Origin: Ionaspis alba
Lineage: Eukaryota
Reading direction: 5' to 3'
Assembly: GCA_964255285.1 (NCBI GenBank)
Contig: CAXUUL010000014.1
Location: 49,403-69,402, forward strand
Length of the DNA: 20,000 nt
The position numbers were made by a program, and so were the translations under genes. The notes beneath the pieces are model-generated. The model was not told where the DNA came from and did not search any database. It saw only the letters and a program-made list of their open reading frames with translations. Within the stretch, counting starts at the first letter, position 1. The number at the start of each line of letters is the position of its first letter. Shown piece by piece: positions 9,974 to 19,425 of the stretch.

Positions 9974-11263
9974 ATGGCAGTCAACGCTACTTCCAGCTTC
10001 AAACCCTACACCTTACATCCGATGCCGCCTCTGGTTCCCGGGATATCGGATCTACATCTCGCTCTATTCGTCCCTATTGCCGTCCACTGGCTCACCTCGG
10101 GGTGCTTCGAAATTTGTGAGCGAACCGGCTGGCTGGGGCAATATCGGCTGCATACAACCGCGGAGGAGCTCACGAGGAATCGTGTTACACGGCTCGAATG
10201 CCTACGCGTGACGCTTCAATGTCAGGCAAGTCTATTCTTGTGGATTTGGCATTATGCAATACCTGATAAAATACAGGGCCTCCAGACACTCATGGGGCTT
10301 GCGCTAGGTATGCTTGGCGAGGGCGATGTCACGGGAAATGAGGACTACGATCTTGCTGTTTGGATCAGCAGAGTGCATGCTGTCTTTGCAGCACTCCCCA
10401 CACTACTCTACCTCACTGGCGTCGATTTTAAGAAAATGGCGATCACGCCATCTGGATTCGGGTCTTTCCTTCCTACGATAGGACACCCTGAACTTGACAT
10501 GCACAGCATCGAAGTATCGATAGGCACATTGCTGTACCGGTATATTGTACCAGTCTTCCAGCTTGCCTATGCACTGATTATCGCGGATGCCTGCATGTAC
10601 TGTCTTCATCGCCTAGGACATACGAACAAATGGATCTACAGTAAGTCCTGAGACCTCAACCAAAAGGTGTTCAGCACATTGACAAGTCCTAGAACATATA
10701 CACTCCCAACATCATAGGCTGTACGTCCCATATTCATGGGGTGGCTCGTACAATCATCCTGTCGATAGTTTATTCCTTGACGGTCTCAGCTATGGTATCG
10801 GCTGTGGGGTTTCTGGCTTGTCAAACAGGCTGTCTATTATACTTTTCGCCTACTCATCATTCAAGAACGTAACTGACCATTGTGGGTACCTGTTCCCGTG
10901 GAATCCGATCCGCTCGGTCACAGGGACTGATGCCGGCTTCCACGATGTCCATCACCAGAGTTGGGGCTTAAAGGCAAGCTCTCGTGCATCCCACCCAAGC
11001 TGTGAAGGCTAATTTCGACCAAGACAAACTTTGGAGCCCATTTGGCTCTCTGGGATCGTATGATGGGAACTTATTTTGCCGATGAAAAGCAAATTTCAAG
11101 GCTTCGTATGAAGAACCGTGTTGCAGCTCAAGACCTCGTATCCGCACAGGGCGTTAGCACGGACGCAGCGGACTTGGTTCTCCCTCAATGCGACGAGAAG
11201 GCTCTAGGCGGAGAAGGTGGCGGTGACTCAAAGGCTGTAATAACCAGGTCTTTCTTGTGCTGA
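9974..11263 (+). CDS. Sphingolipid C4-hydroxylase-like (Sur2/BasA family) membrane di-iron hydroxylase, paralog A, about 378 aa
   Basis: Exons 9974-10225, 10277-10640, 10693-10973, 11024-11263. Sur2-like N-terminus (YTLHPMPPLVPGISDLHLAL..QYRLHTTAEELTRNRVTR). His boxes HRLGH, HSQHH and HDVHH, plus RLYVPY, YNHP, DHCGY and WDR. Confidence 0.93.
10226..10276 (+). other. GC-AG intron (intron 1 of hydroxylase A)
   Basis: CAG|GCAAGT...CTGAT..ACAG|, 51 nt, in frame. Paralog B has a GT-AG intron at the same codon position (14518-14571). Confidence 0.75.
10974..11023 (+). other. GC-AG intron (intron 3 of hydroxylase A)
   Basis: AAG|GCAAGC...GCTAAT..CAAG|, 50 nt. Required to join WGLK to TNF..WDR. Paralog B has a GT-AG intron at the same position (13775-13826). 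Confidence 0.85.
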
Positions 11264-12090
11264 CGACGAATACCGAGTTGACAGTGGGACTATACCTAGC
11301 GGTCCGGTAAACGGAGACAGATGGCCTAAGTCTGCGCGTCAAATTGCAATCGGGTTTGCGATAGTGCATGGCCAAGTCCAGGCACGCCATGTTGATGTCT
11401 CATGCTATGTAGGTTAGTGATGAGTTCTCAAAAGTAACGCAGAAGGTTTTTTCACCACAGCGCTCACCCGTGATCTGAAAGAGCTCAGTCTAGTTCTAGC
11501 GTAAGAACATTCCAACTTGCAGGTGCGTCGTCTTTTGTTGGCTGTGGAGCATACATTTCACCATTGAGGTAATGTAATGTAGTAACGTGGTGCATGAGTA
11601 TTGGCGCTACTGCTAGTTGACGATTCGGCCAATAGGCATTAGCGTGCGAGGACAATGCTAGGTCATATCATGCTCAAAACGAGACCCCGGCTGCACTGAC
11701 ATGAAGCGGAGGTTGCGCCGATGGTGTCGAGGATATATATACTCTTGGACGTATCACCTGCATGGTCGCGAAGCACAGTACATCCTGAGGATGCAGCAGC
11801 ATGCGGAGGTGAGGAGATCGCGCAATTCCCGCATGATTTTAGTCAGGCGTGGACGGCTTGCGCGATTGAACTTGCCGACCTTGTCAAAAGCTGCGTTGCT
11901 TGTTATCCCGTGAACGTCAACTCATCCTCCCTCATACAATTTTCATGTCCAAGCACCGAGCGCCTATTGTTGTCATAGGGTAGCAAGGCCGACATATGCC
12001 GCCGCTGCACTCGGGATCGATACGAGGTAATCTAAATGCTAGTTTGAGCGTAGCCCAAGGTCTCAAACAGAATTTATTGCATCCCGAGGT

Positions 12091-13184
12091 TTAGGACTCA
12101 ACAGCTTCCTTCAACGACACTTCCAAACCAGTAAATCCTGGCCTGCCGTATCGCCGTAGTAGCTCCTGAGCTCTTTTTGTATCCACAATCTTCAAGTCCC
12201 TCGGTGCATCCTTGATCCTTTCGAATTGCCTACTGCCATCGCCGTAGCCTTCAGCGTCAATTTTCTCCATCAAAACCGCCGTGTCGTTGAAATTGAACGG
12301 GCCCGCGAAAGCCAAAAGCCTTTCCCCTATAACATCCTCTTCAAGTAAAGCCGCAATGTGTAACAGCGCTGTATCTGTCACATTGACGTAATGTTGAGGC
12401 GGGAAGTGATTCCTTAGAAGTTTGAGCGTCTCCGCATCCCCTTCCCACATCTTCTTGTACCAGCCCCCTGTCGACGCTGGCTGCTCCTTGGACAAAATCC
12501 TCCCAATGTTGCAATTTGGTAACACGGCATTGAGGACAAAAGCAGGTTTCTCTTCCTGCATAAAGCGCCAACACTCTTTTTCCGCTAGTGTTTTACTCGC
12601 CGCATATACGGCCAGCTTTCTGTCGTCGTTATAGGGCGGAGGTGCCCATGCGGCTTCAACGTCGGCGTCATTCCAGGAGGATACGTCAATATGGAACTTC
12701 TTGTTCGCTATCGGCGCGGTCGCTGCAGCGGATGAAGACGTGTAGACGAAGCGTTTGACGCTTGGGTTGCGCGCCGCTGCGGTGAGGGCGTTCTTAATTC
12801 CAGACAGCACCATTGGTAGCACTTTATGCGGGTCCGGATTCAGAGTGAGGTCGGAGGCAACGTGTATGACGCCTGCACAGCCTGTCGAGCCTCAGCATGA
12901 CAGTGGTGAGCAGTGCGCGTTTGGAGTACAATCTGACCTTTCATGACCTCGTCGAAGGCACCGCCCGTAGCCATGTCCTTAACGATCTGGACCTCGAACG
13001 CATCCTCGCCGTACTCCTCATCGAAGAGTGCGTGCATATAGTCGGCCTTGTAGGCATCGCGAACGGTACCACGAACACGGTAGCCGTGCTCAAGGAGCTG
13101 TTTGGCGATATGGCTGGCGATATACCCGTTCACGCCTGTGACAAGGACGAGGGATTCTTTGGGGATTGCTGGCATGGTCTTCAT
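12091..13184 (-). CDS. NAD(P)H-dependent carbonyl reductase, extended SDR (aldehyde reductase II/Gre2/Ari1-like), about 345 aa
   Basis: Exons 13184-12938 and 12881-12091. Motifs: VLVTGVNGYIASH, GYRVRGTVR, GVIHVASD, VKRFVYTSSSAA, VYAASK. Confidence 0.93.
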
Positions 13185-13612
13185 TATTAGCCTTGCAACC
13201 TTAGGCTTCTCGAAGGTTATAAGAGGGTTGAATATTGAGATATGTAGAAGTTACTCGAAAAGATTCTGGCCAGCATGACGAGGAAACCGTGACGCGGGTG
13301 TTTTCTGTGACGTAAACCGCAGCCGATTACATTTATAGTACGTGGTAATAAGTATCTACACAGGTCCGTACACGCCAAGGATTAACTAGGCCCACACTCT
13401 CCCCGTGCCAAGGCATCAGCCCTCCTGTCATGCAGGGGTTTTAAACCGGAACCGATTTTGCCTTTACAACGTTTTCGCTACATACTGCATGTTGAGTAGA
13501 CTATGAATGAGGAAGATGTGAGAGTTATTGCTAATACCCTATTGAACGGACAGTGGTGGAAAAGATGTCCGCAAGAGTTTCACGTGAGCATTACTCGCAC
13601 TGCCAATTGGGC

Positions 13613-14832
13613 TCAAGCCAATTTTTCACGGAGATTTGACTTCCTCCCCCTTTCCTTTCCAACCATCTCCGCTGCCTTGCGGTCCCGCGTATATAATCTA
13701 GATGCAGCTTCGGTGTCCGTGAACTCAGTCCCCAGAAGGCGATCCCAGAATCGGAAGTGAAGGGCAAAATTGTTCTGTAAGATATATTAGGAAGAAGGGT
13801 AGGAAGGGGATGAAAAGAGGAGTTACCTTGAAACCCCATCTCTGATGGTGTTTGTCGTGATAAGCAGCGTCGACTGAGGTAAAGAGATCCATTGGATTCC
13901 AAGGAAAGGTATATCCGCCGTGATCGGTACAAGCTTTTGCGGAGGAAAAGGCCGAGAATACCATACTTTCCCTCAATGTCATCCCGGAACCGATGACAGC
14001 AAACACAAAGGCTCCGACGCTGAGAAAAAGGCTCTCGATAGGGTCGTCATAGATTCCGCCCCAACTATAAGTCACGTTCAATCCATGATGACGGGCGTGA
14101 AAATGTTCTACACCATAGCATTGGTCAGTGATCTCTACAGACGTGATCTCACTTACTGTACAACCATTTGTTGCTGTGCTCTGCCCGATGAATGAAGAAG
14201 ACCCACGTATCCGCTAGCCATAGAGCCACGTAGAGTCGTAATGCAGGTATCAGTCCGTAGTAAATGAGTTTAGCCGCTAACAACTCCGCCTCTTGTTCCG
14301 CTCGACCTGACGCGAAGAAAGTTGTGACAGAGACGGAGCGGGAAACGGTAGCGATGAGCGCCTTAACGTTAAGGCCAGAAGATGACAGTAAAGTAAGAAT
14401 CGCTTGTCCAAGAACATGCACTCGACTTGCCCAGATCGTTATATCGCGGCCTTCGTTACCAATTGTCTCTACCTCGGAGAATGCTCCGAGTACGATTCCA
14501 AGACCGGTCTGTAAAATCTAAGGCTTGGAGATTAGGCCAGCTAAAGGCAATGGAAGCAAGTTATAACGTACCTGCACTAAAAGTACGCCACGGAGACACT
14601 CTGATCTGCTGATTGTGTTTTTCGCCGTTTCTTCTTCACTGGTATGAATTCTGTATTGTTGGAAAAACCCAAAATGCTGGAAAATCTCGTAAACGGCAGC
14701 AGTAAGCCAATGTGTGACGACAGGGACCAGTAGTGAAAGGCTGTAATCTGATATTCCTGAAATGAGTGGCGGTCTTGGACGTAAAACATCTTGAAAAGCC
14801 ATGGAGCCTTTTTCTACCATTGTCGATTCCAT
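13613..14832 (-). CDS. Sphingolipid C4-hydroxylase-like (Sur2/BasA family) di-iron hydroxylase, paralog B, about 354 aa
   Basis: Exons 14832-14572, 14517-14157, 14107-13827, 13774-13613. PRPPLISGISDYSLSL, QYRIHTSEEE, His boxes HRAEH, HARHH and HDKHH, DHGGY, FWDR. All three intron positions match paralog A, and exon 3 is 281 nt in both. Confidence 0.93.
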
Positions 14833-15428
14833 GATTGATCATTACCGGTCAAAGCGAATGCAAATATCAGGAAGGAAAACCATTTGGGCGATAAGTATCA
14901 CCACCTGGAGGAAGGGTGACAGAACAAACGCTGAAAAAACTACCCACGCCATTTCCGGCATGGCAGTCATTAGAAAAAGCAAGAAAAGCGGGGCAATTTA
15001 GGAACGAACAGTAGTGCCGCAATCATACATGTAAGTATATTATCATGCGTGACGATACTCGAACGAGACGCCACTACAATTATATCAAAATTCGAGCCGC
15101 GAGAAAAACTTTACAAATAATAGGTGCAGTTGCATAATGTACATACACACATTATGCACCGATTAACAGGATTTGTGGGGGCTAGCTTCGTTACGGAGGC
15201 TAGTAGCCGCGCTAACGCTCACTAGGATCTTGGAAATCGGTCCGTCCCGCTCCCTTCCGTCCTATTAGCTTCTATCCGCCATTTTGGCTCAGCGAGTCAA
15301 TTCCGCGCGGCTAGATACCCCTGTAGCAACCAAAAGCACTAATATATGTAAAGTACATGTATCCATGTATCACGGCTCACTCCGCACCACCGCATGACTG
15401 CCACTAGTGACATACTGCGTCCATGTAT

Positions 15429-15833
15429 CTAAGGCCTCGTACCATCCGACTCGACCGGCACCAATTCGCCGGGCATCCACCACACAATCGCAATTTTGCC
15501 CTCGCGGTACTGATAGAACATATGCTCCATGCACTTGACTGTCCCCTGTATGTTGCGTCCCATGAACTCGCGCAGAGGCGTGCATCGGAATTCAATCCTG
15601 CATCCCACCCGCTGCTTAGCCTCGTCCACGAGCAGCATTGATAGTTCAAAGCGGAGGTCTGGGGCCGCATCGATGTCGTCCGTGAGAAGCTTCTCGAAGT
15701 CGGCCAGGGGCATAGAAACATCGTTGAGGGTGACGATGGGGTGGATGTGGTCGCTCAGTCCAGGGAAAGGCCGCTTATTGATAGCAGCGACGTAGGAGAG
15801 GTAGGTTGATTCGAGGGAAGAGGACAGAGCCAT
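15429..15833 (-). CDS. SnoaL-like (NTF2-fold) polyketide/ester cyclase, 134 aa, intronless
   Basis: From ATG 15833: YLSYVAAINKR..HPIVTLND..IDAAPDLRF..LLVDEAKQRVGCRIEFRCTP..FMG..EHMFYQYREGKIAIVW. This matches the SnoaL/ester-cyclase pattern PDLxF..F.G..E..FY.f.dGKI..V. Confidence 0.88.
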   Translation of the reverse strand: MALSSSLESTYLSYVAAINKRPFPGLSDHIHPIVTLNDVSMPLADFEKLLTDDIDAAPDLRFELSMLLVDEAKQRVGCRIEFRCTPLREFMGRNIQGTVKCMEHMFYQYREGKIAIVWWMPGELVPVESDGTRP

Positions 15834-16230
15834 GCTGGGGATGCTGTCTTGTCTTTCGGAGGGGGTCTCTTGTTGTATCGCGAATGGAAGGTTGGACACT
15901 GGCTAGAATGGCTCGACAACCTGCTCTTCGAAGATATGGCGCTCGCGAAGCTAGAAAGTGGCAGGTAGTTCGCACTTAATCGACTTTCCTTCGCAGCCAT
16001 GTCTGGTTGAAAATGCGTGTGGGTTGAGGATCCCGAATGGCGCTGCAGCTAACAAAAGCAGATTTCGAATACGACAAGGCTTATGCCGCCAGTCGAAGGG
16101 TGCAGCACGAAGCGTCAAGTCGTGCTGCCGCTACCGAGTGTAAACAGCACTACCAAACACTGCAGTCTCACAATCACGGCGACTTGTCAAACCTCTCAAC
16201 CACATTCACCCCTCTGACCTCGAAGCCAGG
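15834..16230. promoter_or_regulatory. Short divergent promoter between the SnoaL-like gene and SDR3
   Basis: Head-to-head genes with start codons about 400 bp apart. Confidence 0.5.
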
Positions 16231-17282
16231 ATGTCCGTCCCATTCTCTATGCTCGGTGGCTTTCTCTACCGCCAGCTCCTCGTCACCCCTCCGGTACCTA
16301 GGACTCGATTTGACGGTAAAACCATCATTGTCACTGGCTCTAACGTTGGCCTCGGCCTCGAAGCTGCTCGTCACTTTGGTCGTCTTGGTGCCGCCCGCGT
16401 CATTCTCGCAGTCCGTGATCTTAAGAAGGGCGAGGCTGCGAAGCAGTCTATTGACCAGACCCTCAGCCGCTCTCCGTCTCCTGTTACCGTTTGGAAGCTT
16501 GACCTCTCTAGCTACGGTAGCGTCCAGGAATTCGCGGCGCGTGTCGACAAGGAGCTCGATCGCGTCGACGTGGTCTGCGAGAATGCGGGCATCGCGACTG
16601 GAATCTTCCGCCTCACCGAGAGGGATGAGAGTACCATCACTACTAATGTCGTTAGCACGTTCCTGCTCGCATTCTTGCTGCTACCCAAGCTAAAGGAAAC
16701 GGCACAACGTTTCAACACGCTCCCGACTCTCACTATCACTTCTAGCGAAGTTGTAAGTCATCGCCTCGGTTCCCTATCGGGGCCTCATCCCCTAGCCAGT
16801 CGCTAAAACGTTCTGTCGTACAGCACTCCTTCACGACCTTTCCGGAGCGGAACGAGCCAGACATCTTCGGTACGCTTTCCGATAGATCTAAAGCAAATAT
16901 GGCCGATCGTTACTACGTGAGCAAGCTGCTCGAAGTTTTTGGTGTCCGTGAGATGGCTTCGCGTACCGGCTCCTCTTACCCAGTCACAATCAACTGTCTT
17001 AACCCAGGCTTCTGCCATTCAGAGTTGGGAAGGGAGGCGGGGTGGTATTTGTATATCATGGGACTGCTGCTGGCGCGCTCGACGGAGGTTGGCAGCCGGA
17101 CAATCGTGGCGGCGGCAGAGGCCGGTCCGGGGACGCATGGAATGTATATGAGCGAGAGTTTGGTAACGGAGCCGAGCGAGTTCGTGAGGAGCGAGGAAGG
17201 CGCACGGGTGCAGAAGAAGATATGGGCGGAGTTGACGGCCAAACTGGAGAAAATTATGCCAGGTGTCACGGCCAATCTTTGA
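16231..17282 (+). CDS. Short-chain dehydrogenase/reductase, retinol-dehydrogenase/WWOX-like subfamily, about 326 aa
   Basis: Exons 16231-16752 and 16824-17282 (GTAAGT..CAG intron). Motifs: TIIVTGSNVGLG, VILAVRD, LDLSSY, CENAG, TSSEVH, RYYVSK, LNPGFCHSEL. Confidence 0.94.
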
Positions 17283-17512
17283 TAGACAACAACTATTCAT
17301 AATCATTGATACTTTTCCAGTGTGCTCACGCCTAGCGTCTGATGCACTGTACCGCTTCTGATACGTCGCAGGCCTTCTTCTTTACCTCACAATCGTAAGA
17401 CACTTATCTTCAGCTTTCAATTCACAAGAACAAGAACGCCTGCCAAAGACTTATGGCTGATAGGTGCAACTGCTAGAAATCAAGGCAAAGCACACGATGA
17501 ACCTGTGGCATC

Positions 17513-18896
17513 TCACAAGTGTGGCTCGATGACAGAGCCGTTGATAACAGTCTCAAGTAGTCCGTTTTCATGCTTCGCTTTGAGTTCTGAGGTTGCCACT
17601 AATGCCTCGGCCTGAGTTTGAAACCCGCAGAAGACCGCGATTGACTGCTGAAGTGTTAGTTACATTAGAAAAGCTCCGAAAAAATTTCACTCACGTCTTC
17701 AGTTTTGGCCTTTCCTCTCCCATTAGTCGTATAAGCTCGATAGAACTTGGCTTTGTCATTGATATAGCTCAGCCGCGTGGAACCTGCGGAGAGAGTTTTC
17801 GCAGTACCGTGGAATACGGAACGTGCTTCAAGGCTCTCTTGCGAATCTGTCATTGAAGACAACTCTTCCAACACCTCCCCAGGCAGGGTCATAGCATCGA
17901 CGCCAGCCATGCGGATAACCTCGTCGGTCGTCATGAAAGCGCACGACTTGACTTTGGTAGGGATCCCATGCTGTCTGTAGTATTGTTGGGCTTGTAGAAA
18001 GAGATCAAGGATCGGATCTGAATCGTGGTAGCTGCAATCATCAGCAAGGCATGATTGAGCCGGCAGAGCCCACGTACGACGTATCCAAGTGAGCACGAAG
18101 CTCGTAAGCGAAGGGTGAGATAGAGATACATCCTGCTTCGCCAGCCAAGACGACCTGCTCCATCGTGAAAAGAGTGGTTGCCAATGTCTTGATACCATCG
18201 GTCTTCAGTCTACTGCACGCTTGTAGACCGTCCCAAGTCGCTGGCACTTTCATGATGAGCCTAGACATGTTAAAATCTGGCTCCAAGACGCGACAGATTT
18301 TGTGGAAACCTGAAAAGCTGTCTGTTAGCAAAAGGTGACTCGGGAAAGGTTCACATGGACCAACGGTGGCCGGTTTCGAAGACTTTTTCGGTATCCCAGG
18401 CATACAACGGGTTACACATAACGTGGATCGATCCGGAAATCGATGGGACAATGCGGAGCGAAAGGCTAATCATCTATACCGCTATCAGCTGTGGAATACC
18501 TTAGGCTTATGTGAATGCACTACGTACAGCAATCTCTACGGCAAGCTCTTCGACAGAGACGCTCACATGCTGTCCTTGGAGCTGACGAGCGAGTGCCACA
18601 GATTCCTTCAGAAGAGCCGCATTCTGCGGGTTGCACAATTGACTATACGCCTCCCACTGGGCACCACCGTTAGTATTTTGTCAGTAACGTCAATCCAACT
18701 CACTCGCCTGATTGGAAGTACAGTCTGAAAACGGGCCAAGGTCCGTGGCGACTACAGAGTGATTAGCGTCGCAGACCGAATCTTTAATCTCTGTTTCACC
18801 TTTCAAGTCCAAGCAATCGAGATCAACCGAAGATTTCGAACGCAGATATGCCAAGAGATTGACCGGCGATGCCGGTGGCGAAGTACTGGAAACCAT
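17513..18896 (-). CDS. Transaldolase/fructose-6-phosphate aldolase family (class I aldolase fold), divergent, about 359 aa
   Basis: Seven exons: 18896-18800, 18751-18708, 18656-18528, 18473-18365, 18309-18078, 18031-17695, 17644 (or 17647)-17513. Motifs: VDLDCLD, DCTSNQ, IMKVPATWDG (Schiff-base Lys at 18248-18250), GIKTLATTLFTMEQ, AGCISISPF, AGVDAMTL. Confidence 0.9.
18657..18707 (-). other. GC-AG intron in the transaldolase-like gene
   Basis: AATCAG|GCGAGT...ACTAAC..CCCAG|TGG. Only the GC donor keeps frame (TSNQ-WEAYSQL). The GTGAGT donor 4 nt further in leads to a TAG within 5 codons. Confidence 0.75.
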
Positions 18897-19336
18897 AACA
18901 ATTACACTATTCAGTGTAGATGTGGAGTGAGGTTATGGGGATCCACCTGTTCTTGTATCAGAATCGAGAGGCTGGAAATTGGGGTGCAAAAGTACTCATT
19001 ATCATGAACAAAATGCGGACATGTAGGTGAAAGATTGTAGTATTATTACGGAGGCAGCTCGAGTCTATATCCGGCATGTGATAGCAGGGCGTCTGCAGAG
19101 GTGCATTGTTGTCGTGTCTTTCAAACAGCCGAGCAAGTCCATTCTTAAGAGTTTCCAATGTTTATGTTAGGTATTTCATGCACGCAATACAGCTCTGCAG
19201 GCAGTTTCGGCGAAGCGGTATCAGTGCGCATTAGCGTACAGTCCTCAACCGTGCGTTCTTCCACACCAATGCCATGACGTCCAGAATAAGTGCATATGGC
19301 CCGACGAACTCCTATGGTTCCCTTGGTCTCGTGACT

Positions 19337-19368
19337 TTGGGGACCTTCTTGGGGGCCTTCTTGGGGAC
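19337..19368. repeat. Short 12-bp tandem repeat (about 2.7 copies)
   Basis: TTGGGGACCTTC TTGGGGGCCTTC TTGGGGAC. Confidence 0.7.
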
Positions 19369-19425
19369 TGTCTGACGGCAAAGACGTAGCGAGATTTAGG
19401 CATGAAGAGACCATTTATACTAACT

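Noticed and set aside
11300..12050. Short ORFs between the convergent hydroxylase A and reductase genes
   Set aside because: No family motif; probably terminator or intergenic DNA.
13374..13412. Two GCCAAG (PacC-like) sites upstream of the reductase
   Set aside because: The hexamer is common by chance; cannot be supported from sequence alone.
15834..15899. Longer N-terminus for the SnoaL-like ORF given in the track
   Set aside because: Starts at a non-ATG codon; the first ATG (15833) gives a normal-sized domain.
16037..16693. 218-aa + strand ORF overlapping SDR3
   Set aside because: Alternate frame, Ser/Leu/Arg-rich, an artefact of biased codon usage in the true SDR frame.
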